This document shows positions 39,291-51,846 of a stretch of DNA of 64,000 nt, piece by piece. This stretch comes from Azolla caroliniana. Lineage: Eukaryota > Plantae > Polypodiophyta. Position numbers and translations under genes: made by a program. Positions within the stretch are counted from its first letter, which is position 1, and each line of letters begins with the position of its first letter. Below the pieces are notes generated by a model, which saw only the letters and a list, made by a program, of their open reading frames with translations, was not told where the DNA came from and made no database searches. The stretch is from assembly GCA_043228905.1 (NCBI GenBank), contig JBHGNT010000002.1, positions 21,576,001 through 21,640,000 on the forward strand. The letters run 5' to 3'.

Positions 39291-42200
39291 TGTCAAGACA
39301 AAGAGAAAAAGAGAAGAAAGAGAGAGAAAAAAGGGAAAGAGATATATTGATGAGGCAGAAAGAGAGAATTGAAAAGAAAGTATTGTATTGTGATATAAGA
39401 TGGAGTACACAGAGTAGGCAATAGGGAGCTATAGGATGGCATTGAACCAATTTGGTTTTTGGATGGTTGATAACTCCTTATTTATAACTCTCTATAGAGT
39501 AATCTAGAACACTCTAGAATATTATGGGGTAATCTAGTAATCTAGAAGGTTTATAGTGTATTCTAGAAGGTTCTAGCATATAAAACTTTCTAGAATACTC
39601 TAGGACAATCTAGAATGTAAAGTAATTCAGAATATCCTTATGATATTAGATTATATATTCTAAAAAAAATACACATAAACTTGTTATTACAAGGTTAAGG
39701 ATTTGACATCCGTATAACAAGGTTGTGGGTTCAATTCCTTTCCAAAAAAAATGTGAGTATCGTCATGACATTATCCCCCTTCTTCAACGACATGTCTCAC
39801 GGGTCGTAAGATTCGTAGTAGGACATGGTTTATGAGGATATTCGCGATGAAATGTGGTGACTATGTCCGTGGCATTGGAAAGATTTGGAGCAGGTTCGCA
39901 AGTTCGATCGTTGGGGGTATAACCCAGCCAATCAACCAAGTAATACAACTTGTTGCGCATGATTTTAGAATCCAGAATGGCAGCAACCTCAAATTCAGGT
40001 CCTTCCAAGAACTCAACTAGTGGTGGAGTAGTTGTAATACGGCCCGGAATTGAACTGCTGGTGTACGGCTCTAAAAGGGATACGTGGAAAACCGGATGGA
40101 GGCGCATGTGCGGAGGGAGGCCAAGACGATATGCAACATCACTTATCTTACCAGTGATCATGTACGGGCCAAAACGTTGGTAATCCAATTTACCACAAGG
40201 CCAAGTAGTCTTGATGTTGTGTTGGAGAAGCCATACATGATCCCCAACACAGAATTTTTTGGAGGAATCTAGGCAATGACGATTCGCAAGCCTCTTGTGT
40301 GTAACTTGTGCATCATGTAAATTGTGAAGAATAACAGCGTGAATTTCTTGGAGGCGACTAAGACGATCCGCAACAGCAGGGTTGGTAGGCACTTGTGGAT
40401 GCATATTCATTGTCCACCGAGGATGGTGGCCCGTATTTGCGAAAAATGGGGAATAACCCGTAGAAGAATGGACCGAGTTGTTGTAAGCGAATTCAGCCAA
40501 GTGCAGAAAATCAACCCAATCATCTTGTTGGTAGTTGATGAAACAACGAAGATATTGCTCCAATGTTTGGTTGGTACACTCAATTTGGCCGTTAGTCTCA
40601 GGATGATAGCCCGAAGAAAGGTTAGCTGAAATTCGGAGAAGTTTGAGTATATGCCTCCAAAACTTTGAAATAAATTGTGGACCCCAATCACTAATAATAT
40701 CATCCGGAAGACCATGGTGCTTAAATACCTCCCGCATAACTAGATCGACCACCTCTTGACTAGTAATAGACTTCGTACATGGCACGAAATGTGCCATTTT
40801 GGTAAGTCGATCAACCACTGTGAGAATTGCATCATAACCTTTTTAAACTGGGTGATTGGTAATGAAATCCAAGGATATAGACTTCCAAGGATTTTCCAGA
40901 ATGGGAAGTGGTTATAGTAAGCCATAGGATCGGTGGCGAGGACTCTTTGATCGACAACAGGTATCACAGCTACGAACATACTCCTCAACAAAACAACGAA
41001 GGCGATGCCACCAATATTGTTGAGAAACAAATTCTAGAGTTTTGCGAACTCCAAAATGTCCAGCCATTGGTGAGTCATGGCAATGTTGTAGAACTTGTAG
41101 TCGTGGGGGACCATCAGGAACATACCATAGGTTTTGTCGAAATAGAAAACCACCATGCCAATAGAAAAAATGATAGTCCTGTTGAGGGTTTTTCGACTGC
41201 GAACTAGAAGCACGATCTGGGACAATATGATCCAAAACCTCCTTGGCAAATTCATCAGTGGCCAGATGATCTCAAATGGAATCAAGCAGAGTGGAATCTT
41301 CAAGTGTTGTTATGGCATTAACTACCATTAATCGTAGGCGATTAGGACCCAAAATGATTTGTTTTTGATGCTCAAATGTAGGTTCCCTTGGACGAAGTTC
41401 CATATAAAGCGTCGAGAAAGCGCATTTGCTTTACCTTGCTGCATCCCAGGGCGATATATGATTACAAAGTCAAAGTGAGTCAAAAATTGCGCCCACCGGG
41501 CTTGTCGCCGACTCAGGACTCGAGCATTTTGGAAATATGTCAAGTTCTTATGATCATTGTAGACAATGATCTGCTGAGAAGAGCCTTCTAGAAAATGTTG
41601 CCATTGTAGAAACGAGTCCACAATTGCAAGAAGTTCTTTGTCATGGATCTCGTAGTTGATCTCTGCAGTTTCAAACTTTCGGGAATGAAAGGCAATAGGA
41701 TGTAGCTCTCCGTCATCTCCAGTCTGCGACAAGACACTTCCTAGTGCAAAATCGGATGCATTAGCTTCAAGGATGAAGCGTTTTGTTGGGTTGACATGTG
41801 CTAAGATCGGTGTCGTTGTAAACGCCTGTTTTAAACTTTCAAATGCCTCGGCTGCATACGAACTCCAAATGAATGGTTGATTTTTGTGTGTGAGTTGAGT
41901 GAGCGGAAGCACGACCTTAGAATAATTTTTAATAAATTTCTGATAAAAGTTTGCAAACCCGAGAAAACATTGCACGTCACGCACTGAAAGGGGTGTCTGC
42001 CACTCTAGAATTGCTTGAACCTTCATGGGGTCCATAGAAATAACATCCGAGGTTACAACGTACCCCAAAAATTCCACTTGATTCTGGTTGAAACTACACT
42101 TTTCTAATTTTGCATAGAGACCATATTCTCGTAGCCGACGTAGTACCTGATGAACATGTTCATCATGTTCCTCTTGGGTCTTCGAATAGATCAAAATGTC

Positions 42201-43790
42201 ATCTAGGTAAACTATAGTGAAGATATTGAGAAAATCTCAAAAAATATCATTCGCCATATGCTGGAAAACTGTAGGTGCATTCGTGAGACCGAATGGCATC
42301 ACAATATACTCGAAATGTCCATAGCGAGTGCGAAAAGCAGTCTTCCATTCATCCCCCAGACGAATCCGAACTAGATTATATGCACCACGAAGGTCCAACT
42401 TTGTGAAATATTTTGCTCCACTAAGACGTTCCAAAAGATTCGGGATTAACGGTAAAGCATATCGATTCTGGATGGTCACTTTGTTTAGCCCTCGATAATC
42501 CACGACCAACGTAAGAGACCCATTCTTTTTCTTAACGAAGAAGATAGGTGCAGCAGTAGGGAATCTAGAATGCCGAATGAATCCATTTGCGAGATTCTCA
42601 TCGATATATTCCCGCAAAGTCTCTAGCTCTATAGGGGAAAGATTATAAATTGGGCCCCATGGAGGTTCTTTCCCCGGTTGCAAGTCAATAGGGCAGTCGT
42701 ATGGCCGATGATCTGGCAATGTATTGGCCTTCACCTTATCAAAGAAATCTGAAAACTCTTTGTATTTATCTGGTAGTTGAATGTCCCCTTCATGTAAGGT
42801 GGATGACGGAGTTGCCACTATTGCGAAGACAAACATATCCTTAGTTCCCCCTTCCTCACGTAATTGACATAGAGAGATGGTAGATAACTTATGGGGTCTA
42901 GTATCAAATGTCAGAGATTTGAGGGATGTGACCTTTGTTCTTTCTTCTTGGGTCTCCTCAATTATTCTTTTCATCCAATCAATCTTTGGGTTATGGAGTT
43001 CAAACCAAGGGAGACCTAGAACTATTGGGTGTTCTAGACTACGAATAATGTTGAAAGAGATTATGCTTGCCAAATTGCCAAGAACTATACGAATTGGCTC
43101 AGACTCCTCGACTATATCACCTGATGCTATAGGATGGCCATCAATGACTCCTATGGCTACTGGGTTCGGGAGCTTATTCAAGAGGATGTTTTGTGACAAT
43201 GCAAAGTCACGATCCATGAAACAAGAGTTGGCTCCAAAATCTAGGAGGGCAGAGGTTAGGACTCGATGACATGTAGATGTGGTAACCTCAACTTGCGCAG
43301 AAAAAACTCTACTCACTTGACTTGATAAAATGGAACCACGACTAGGGACTAACTCTACATATCTAGGATGGTCCAACCAAATGGCTCCTATTTTGGCCAG
43401 ACTTACTCGTTTAACACATCCTCTAATTGACTCAAGACGTCGAATCTATTCTCATGGCATGGACTATTAGGCTTATTGACGTTATTAGAAGTAACAATGG
43501 AGCTCGAAGTAGGAATATCATGTGCACTTACTTGGTATACTTGACGTCTAGGTTTATGTGGGCAATTCACGGTGATATGTCTTGGACCACCGCAATATAG
43601 ACATAGGCGGTGCGCCCGATGTCGTTGTTTCTCAGCATCGGATAAAGGCCCTCGACGTTGTGTTGTCTCTATTTCCATTGGAGTTGGGCCATCCCTTGTA
43701 ACGGGTTTGGAAACTTGTGGGGGCGTTGCGACTACCGAAGCATACGTTTGTTATGGTTGGCATTGTAACATTTGTTGGCGCTCAGAACGT
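39291..43790 (-). mobile_element. Chromovirus (Tcn1-like Ty3/Gypsy) F, interrupted in gag by G
   Basis: 3' LTR 39291-39770 (TGTCA..TGACA), PPT, gag knuckle CLYCGGPRH, RT (KLDLRGAYN, YLDD), RH, IN and chromodomain (FEVAAILDSK..YLVDWLGY). Confidence 0.92.
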
Positions 43791-43851
43791 TGTCGCGTTG
43801 TTACATGCGCGCGTGTAGAAGGGGCGGGACCACGGGGGTCTTGAACTGAGG

Positions 43852-43910
<59 letters not shown>

Positions 43911-45375
43911 TTTGTAGATACGCGGAGCGAGAAGGAGAGATATAGAACGTAACACTTGATTTCAATAACAAGAGATTACAATAACAAGATATTACAATAA
44001 CAAGAGAATACAACTTTGACGGTTACAACCGACAAGGCGGTGATGGACCCGACCCGGGGATCCACTCACACACACAGACAACACTCGCTCGACTCCCAGA
44101 AACAACACAAAGGGGGAGAGACTCTGCTGGAAGCACATGGGCTGTCCACGAAGCAGAGGCAGCGAGCTCCCGACCCACAGAGACCGACGACCGGAGGAGA
44201 AGAGAGAGCTCGGCCCTCAGATCTGCAGCAGCACTTCGTCCTCCCTAGCGCGCGATCCCTATTCCTTCCTTCTCTCCCTCCTTAAATAGTTCCCCAAAGG
44301 GGTGCCCGTTTTCCTCAGCCAAACTGCTTTATTCCCCGTCCCTGTCGACAGAGATACGCACAAAATCCCCTAATAAATGTGCACTACCTAGTATTTACTC
44401 CAGTCGCCCTAATTACGAGTTATGTACAATATATCAATCCTCGCGTCCACCCGTGTAAGAGCCGGTTCATGCGCGTTTTTCTTCGATTCCGCCTATGGCC
44501 GGTTTTCATCACGACATCCACCCCCACCAAACCGCGCATCCACCGGCATGCGCCAGAGACGGGTAGATACCGAAGGAAATTGGCTTCACTCGTTGTTCTC
44601 CGATTCTCCGCCGGACCCGAACTGATCGTCGTCGTTACTCTCGCTCGCCGGCTCTGGCTCATCTTTGAACCGCTACTTGAACTCTTTGATCCGCTTCCCG
44701 GCCACCGGCACCGCTAACCGTGCACCGTCGAGTTCCGCGAGGTGGTACGTGTTGTTGTCATTCACGCTCGTCACCGTGTAGGGCCCGAACCATCTCCTAG
44801 CGAACTTTCGCACCGCTTTGTGCTAATTGTCGAGGCTGCTGTCGTATACAAAGACCCAATCGCCTTCCTCGATCTTCTTTGGTCACAACCGGTGCGTCCG
44901 GTTGAACTGGGTCTTGTTCCACTCCCTTGCCGCTCGCAGCTTTTCCTTCGCCTGTATCACGTCCTCCGGCCTCCCCTTGAGTTGCCGAATCCGCGCCGCC
45001 AGCAACTCCTCCCGGTTTATTTCGTCCTTCCAATCTACCGCCGCCCATAACACCGGGTCATTTGAAACAGGTAATATGTCGCATTATGAGAACACTACGT
45101 CGAAAAAGGGCACAAAAGCACGTAGTTTTCAAAAAGACACGACGCATGCGTAAAGCTTTTCAGAAAAGGTGGCAAAATATATTGAATTTCAACATGACTA
45201 CCACTTTGAGTCATAAGTAAAATGCCTCCAAAAATACATCACCAAAATTACAAAATAATGTACAACATGTCTACCAGTTACAATTATACATATTCGTGAG
45301 TTTACATCCAAAACAAATTTACAAAGTTTCCGATCATGTAGTAAAACAATCCCCAGCTTGAACCAAACCAATATA

Positions 45376-48012
45376 TTAAGACATGTTTGATGGACTAGAA
45401 GAGCATTCTGACGTCTCATCCTCATCATCAGTGGCAATCAAAGCATTATCCTCATCCAATTCCAACCCAACATCTTTGTGGTTATGAGAATTGCTTCTGG
45501 TTATTCTTTGTATTTCGTTTGACACCATGTTTGGGATTTTCTCCTTTCTTATCTTGATAGTTGCTTGTCTTAGATGACCTGATTTTGTCAATGAGAAGTC
45601 ATATACTAGTATGTCAACACGGTCTAGTGCGAGAGTAGTCGTGCTCGGTATATTCTTTCTTCTTCTCTTTCTGCTTGAACATCCGAAATCCTTAACCATC
45701 TCTAAAGAATACTTTCCTGTAAATGCATCAGTTGAATTTGTCTGATACCAATGGACTACTATTGACTTTGTCTGACTACTTTCTTCATCCCTTACTAATT
45801 CAATAATTTTTGCAATCCAAAATGGATGGCCCAAGGTATCGTCCCCTGTTAATGTTGCAACCAACATTCCCACTTGTAGTTCTTGCAAATTACCTTGCCA
45901 TCTTGCGTCAACAGTACGTGACTTTCTTGGTCCCACATAAATATCTCTTTGCAGTGGCCGAACTAAATCATGAAGCTCCATATTATTCGATTGTTGATGA
46001 TGAGTCTGTGATATTGTTGATGTCATCCCAATATTCCATGTGAATGGGATACGGATTGGCCATAAACCGGCGATGTAATTATCTAAAATGGTGCGTTGAT
46101 GGGTGAAGAAAATCTCCCACCATTCAACATCCTCATCACCGGCATACTTCTTAGTCCGATCAATATTATTTTGTTTCTCTGCTGGACATCTCAACCAGTA
46201 TGCCCTTTGTTCATCAATAGTACTATTTGGTGCTACATTTTTACGATCATCATATGGCATTTGTTGTGCACCATGTAGAGGTTCATCTGGGATATGAAGA
46301 AGGAGCCTACAACCTTCTTGGGGCTCCCATTGTGCACTAGATGAGTATTGTTTCGCAAACAACACCGTCATCTTCAAGTGGGCCGATCTTTGTTTTATGA
46401 GGAAGACATGGTTGAAACTTATATTATTAAGAGGTGCAAGCACCCTACCTTTAGTCCCGTCACTATCCATGCAGAAACATTTAAAGTCTTATACTTCTTC
46501 CAAGTGTTGTACTTCAGGCTTTGGTGTATATACTTCACTAATCAATTTGGATAGCGTGGGAAGTGTGAAAGCATTACAGCGAGCAAGTTTCTTTGAGAAC
46601 CTACTGAACATTTGATCTATGTGATCATGGGTATGACCAACCATCTCTACTAGCATGCTTAGATAGCCGAAGACAGTTGAGTTCTTATTCTCTCTTGTTG
46701 TGTTGTCTAGTTGCACATATAGAACTGGCGGGAGTATACCTGACCATGATTGCAATACCCTGTGCATGACAGTGACAGTAAGATTAGGGTCGTTGTGGAT
46801 ATTGGGATAAGTTAAGAACACTTGCGGTCTTATAGTTTGACAGTATGTCAAACAACCCACTAGATGCATTTGCACGAGACACTCATCTCCAATATCCTTG
46901 GGGAGTCTTTGAAAATGCGGCAAACAAGTTTTCTTTTGATCCATGCCATCAATAATCATGCACATATACTTTTCGGGAGATTGAAACGCTTTTTGTCGGT
47001 GATGCATAGCCTTAGTACGTTCCAAAGCCTGACTTTCACGATGTTCTTTTAACAGGTTCTTGTAATTCTTGACCTCTACATCTGATTTTCCACCCTTGGC
47101 CATACTTTTTAAACTCGCACATATTGAGCAGACTCCCATTCGCACCTTTCGTGGGATAACCACGTTATTAAATTGTAACCTCCATAGTCGATTAAAATGC
47201 ATGTACTGTATGTAAGGCTCAACATCGGAAGACATGTCGTCCTTGTACGATTGGTAAACTTCCCTTCGAGTAAAGTTATCTGACAAATGAAGTCTTCCTG
47301 TCGTTGGCATAACTTCGCACTGTTTTGAAAAATATACTTCCATCCACCTAATTGCCTGTTGCCCAATTTGACCCTTACATCCAGAACCATTTTGATCGAA
47401 CTGTACCTAGGAGCCCTTCACAAGTCGCTCTTGAACTTGTTGCAGCAGCATATTTCCAATGCTATGAGTGATTTTAAAAGCTGCTCGACAACACTTGGTA
47501 TATAGTCCAAGGAAATATTCAACTTGCGTTGAATTAGGACCTGCTTTGTGATCCAATTTAAGTTGCATATGCGCAAGAAGAAATGTATCTTGCTCTTCCC
47601 CATTAAGCGACAAGTATTTTTGTCGTGTTTCACGTAACCTTGACTTTCCATAAGTTGATAGACAGAGATTCGCACAACACGATTTGTTCAAGTCGCATAG
47701 AAGTTGACGATCAGAACATAAGAAATTAAATCTCTTTTCACTAACTTGTCAAGGAACTCTTTTAAATGCTAGAGGTTTAGTAATGCTATTGTTATCTATC
47801 GACAAAGAATCGTCCGCTTGTAAGCTTGCATGAAGAGGGCCATCAACATGATCAATTGAAAACAGAGAATTCGAAGTACTAGGAGCCACACTTTTCTGTT
47901 TAAGCCGCGAATGTTTTTTGTGGTCGTACTCTTCTATTGAGAAATACGAGTTATCTGACAATGAAAAGGGGGCAATAGAAAAAAGAGATGTTCTACTTGT
48001 AGAAGAAGACAT
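45376..48012 (-). pseudogene. RNase H-fold DDD transposase (Sola1-like), single frame of 879 codons
   Basis: C..C motif (CSIC), IIDGMDQ, LYVQLDNTTRENKN, VGHTHDHIDQMFS; three in-frame stops (47749, 47407, 46489), no frameshift. Confidence 0.8.
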
Positions 48013-48312
48013 TTGAGGGAGTCTAACTGTATTCTAAAACCTTCTTTTGAGAAAATTAAGGAATGCTGAAGCCTAACTATATAACTACTACTCAAACACT
48101 TAGATTAACTATATTATTTTCTGAAATTTTCCTAAAAAGCAAATAATTAAAAATTATTTTTTATTTTAAAAAGAATGCTAAAGTCTTCTATATAAGGAGG
48201 TTAGAAATTTCATTTTCATTATCACGTAAAAGAATCCATCGAGCTCAGAGCACAGGCCAATTTTCGAGCACTCAGAAGCACATCGTGGACAGCACTACCT
48301 CCAGCACGAACC

Positions 48313-51300
48313 ATGAACAAGGGAAAGAAAATCTTCAGGTTAGTAATATTCATTACATTTTTTAAGATTCCTAAAGATTCCTTAAAGATTCCTTTCCTCA
48401 ACACATAGAAATTTTATTTTATTTTGTACAACGAACTTGGAAAGCAATTCTGAAAGTCATGCCTTTCAACCAAAATCCGATGCACTGCATCGGATTTTGG
48501 TTGAAAAAAATGTTGTTTTTGCGATTAAAAACTATCGCATGGGACCATAAAATTGACGTAATTTAAATGATAATTTGCGTGATTTAGATGAAGTTGTACG
48601 TTGTTTCTATGTTTTCACCAACGTTTTTAATTTCAGTGAACCCAGACAAAAAGTTCCTTCATTTAGATTGAAGATTCGATCTCCGACAAAACGAGATTCT
48701 GGCTCCTTCATGAAGGACACGAGTAAAAAGAATTTATTTGACTCAACGGGGGAAGGAGGATCCAAGTCATCTGTGGCTACTACCAAAATCAACAAAGGTA
48801 GTACGCAAGAGGAGAAAACGGTTGAGGTGAAATATAAGGATTACCCCGAACTTGAATGGTGTCTCTCTTATGTCGAGGAGGATGGGGTGTTGTTATTGAT
48901 AACGGCAAAATCGGACGGGGAAGGGAAACTTCAGCTTGGAAAAATATTTAATTATGGGCATGTAACCAAGCTAGAGTACGAAGACATTGATTCTACATGT
49001 ATTTTAATCGACGTCTCGAGCTCAGTTGGCGACAGGCGATTGCGACTTGATGAGGGAAACCTAGTACCCGAATCTTGCAATCCCAAGGCTTTGCGTAAAG
49101 ACCTGCAAACGAAAAATAACTTGTTGGTAGCTCTTCGGCCGTACGTGACAGGAGAGATGATGACCGGTGAAGCAGAAACTCCACCGAAAAATTCTAGGAA
49201 GACAAATCCTGTTCAAAAGAAATATACTAAACGACCACGACCCGAAGAAGAAGAAGAAGAAATATTAGAGTTCGTGGAAGAAGAAGACGACCAACAAGTC
49301 GACGTCGTGGCTCCAGGCGGACAACTATCTTCTGGTGTCCTGACGTCAGAACAAAATAAAATAAGAGAAAATATTGTCAAGACTAAACTTGTGCGCAGGG
49401 GCTAGCTATTTCATTTGCCCATTACTTCTATCCAAAGGCCCCCCATTGACCCCGTGGCTGGAAGACGTCCCTTGGAAATTAGGGAGCCGCACTCCGTCCA
49501 TGTCCAAAACATGAAAAGCAAAATGAAAATCAATCCTCACGCTACTGTGGTGCCATTTTTGGTAATGGTTGATCAAGAACAATGCCCAACAGTAGCAGAT
49601 TTCAAGTATAGCTCTGCAGACGATTACACATACTATGTAATCGGAGGATCACATTCGGCCGAAGCTCGACGACAGCTTGTCAAAGAATATCCTCTCACGC
49701 CGTTCTTCAAATACGCCGAATGTAAGGTATATGCAGGACTAACTCATGAGGAGGCGAAGCTGCTCGCATGGGACCATAACAATGACAACGATTATAGGCA
49801 AAAGATGTCATGTATAGAGAGGATAAGATTTTTTCATCATGAATACCTCGATGCCTTGAATCGTTTTGGTCCAAGATTGTGGCCTGGATTGCGACGTCAG
49901 TATTTATTGGAAGTAGGGATTGCAATGGATGAGAGTACGAAATCTGAAGGTCTCCGAAAATATGATTCTTGGTTTCAACTAGCTTTTCGGACCGGAGAGG
50001 TGTGGGATCTCTAAGACAAAATATTCTCTATGTGGGAGCGGAAAGAAGTCAAGGGGCAAAGATAAAAAAAGGGAAGAATTGATCCACAAGTTGAGATGAA
50101 ATCAAAGACCAAGGGAAAAAGCGACTTGGTAGTCGAGGAGTTACCAGAGGACATGAAACTTTTACCTTGGAGATCATTACAAGGTATCAAAGATGATAGA
50201 TTGTTAATATCCGTGCTATCTCAAGTGGTCGCCAAGGAATTTAGTTTGGACGAGATGGTAACAGACTTGCAAAAGTAAGTGTTTATAGTATACCTTTTCA
50301 TGAAAGTCTTCAATTATTTTGAATATCTTATTTCTAATTTCATATTGATTGTGCAATCACAAGGTATACATGAAGATTCAGGAGTTGATGATGCAAAAAC
50401 TGAGTTTACCGACATGGGAAGAAGTTGAACAAGCCTGCCCGATAACTTCTTCCTACAAGGCATTGGAGGAATATTTTATTGTATTTAGAGAATGGGTATG
50501 TGTCTTTTGAATGTTGATATGTTAGAAAGTAATGTTCCCTGCTAACAACAATGACACTTGCAGAAACCATCAAAATCGAAAAAGAACAACGACAATAATG
50601 ACGGTATTCCAGCGGCCTTCATCACGCACTTAGAACGTGCGAAATATGAGAAGAGAATGACCAAAGGGAAGGAAATGGAACTGCCCGAGGATTCGGAGAC
50701 TGTAAAGAGTTTTTTGCATAGGTCTGATCCTTTCAAACAGCTTCATTATAGTGTTTTCAATGGCGAAGTATCCCAGATGCTCGAACTGTTACCGAGAAGG
50801 CACTACACTTTGCTGATAGCTGACATACCATATGGTTTCCGTATTGCGGGATCAACATATGATGATGTGCCTTTCAAGTACCCTCAGATCGAGAAAATGG
50901 TAAAGGATTTCGCAGAACTGACATTGGCCCCCTTGTGGAGGATAGTCATATTTCATAGCATGGGGCAATCACTATCAGTCACAACAGCTTTGAAGTCCCG
51001 TTGTCATGCCACTGAACACATGCATTGGTGCATTATAGTTCGCTTTTACTCATTACAGTACTTCTTATTATATGTACACATTTACACCTCTAATACTTGA
51101 TTTTCTTTCTCTATAGGATCAAAACAAATATTACACGTAGCCCTGGCGATCGAATGGTTAGTGCGGTCGAACATTTTTGTGTGGGCTACTATGATTAAAT
51201 TACAAAGAAGAAGGCTAGAGCACATGTCAATGAGCGTAACGTGGTTAACTACATCATGTGCCCAGCTGTAACCAAAAAATTAAGACATGTGTCAGGGGAT

Positions 51301-51846
51301 AAAAGTATGGTGAACCCTTATCAAAAACCTCAAAGATTGATCAACCGCCTCATAGAGCTCTTCTCGAATCCAGATGATTGGGTCCTAGACTTGTTCTCTG
51401 GCACAGGTATAATATATATATTTAATTTCAATCTTGTCTATCAAGTTTAAGACGTTACTTCTTATATATACTTGTTTGTGTTCCTGCGACCATTAGGTAC
51501 AATGACAACTTGTGCATTGAAGATGTTTAGAAACTGTGTTGCATTGGAGAAGGACCCTGCTCAAGTTAACTTCATCAAAATGAGGATCACAGGAATCTGG
51601 GACTGTCCAGATCAGGATCAAGAAGTCTGAGCAAAACACATCAACGAGACAGAGATGTTCCAGATGACTTCACGAGAACCAATGGAACCAATTGATGAAG
51701 AAGCAGGGGAGCTGGTGGACCTGGAAGATGTAGCACAGTTTGACCATACATCAGATTCGGGAGAGCTTGGAGATGACACGAATGAAAACAGTCTAGAACA
51801 ATCAGCGCCAGAGGAGCCTGCTCTGCCTGATTTGCTTATAGATTGA
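48313..51846 (+). pseudogene. 6-exon gene: ParB/Srx-like domain plus beta-class N6-adenine/N4-cytosine DNA methyltransferase (~968 aa)
   Basis: Exons 48313-48338, 48637-50274, 50357-50495, 50564-51027, 51117-51406 and 51497-51846. Motifs YVIGGSHSAEARRQL; LLIADIPYG; HWIK; NPYQKP..LI..FSNPDDWVLDLFSGTGT..CA....RNCVALEKD; five in-frame stops. Confidence 0.88.
48464..48506. repeat. Perfect 21-bp inverted repeat with 1-nt spacer
   Basis: TTTCAACCAAAATCCGATGCA-C-TGCATCGGATTTTGGTTGAAA. Confidence 0.95.

Noticed and set aside
37979-39424. Host protein-coding gene
   Set aside because: Low-complexity ORFs with no recognisable domain or consistent exon structure.
48313-51846. Bacterial contamination or a restriction-modification operon
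   Set aside because: Gene has spliceosomal GT-AG introns, lies within TIRs nested in a plant-type retrotransposon, and has no recognisable endonuclease partner.
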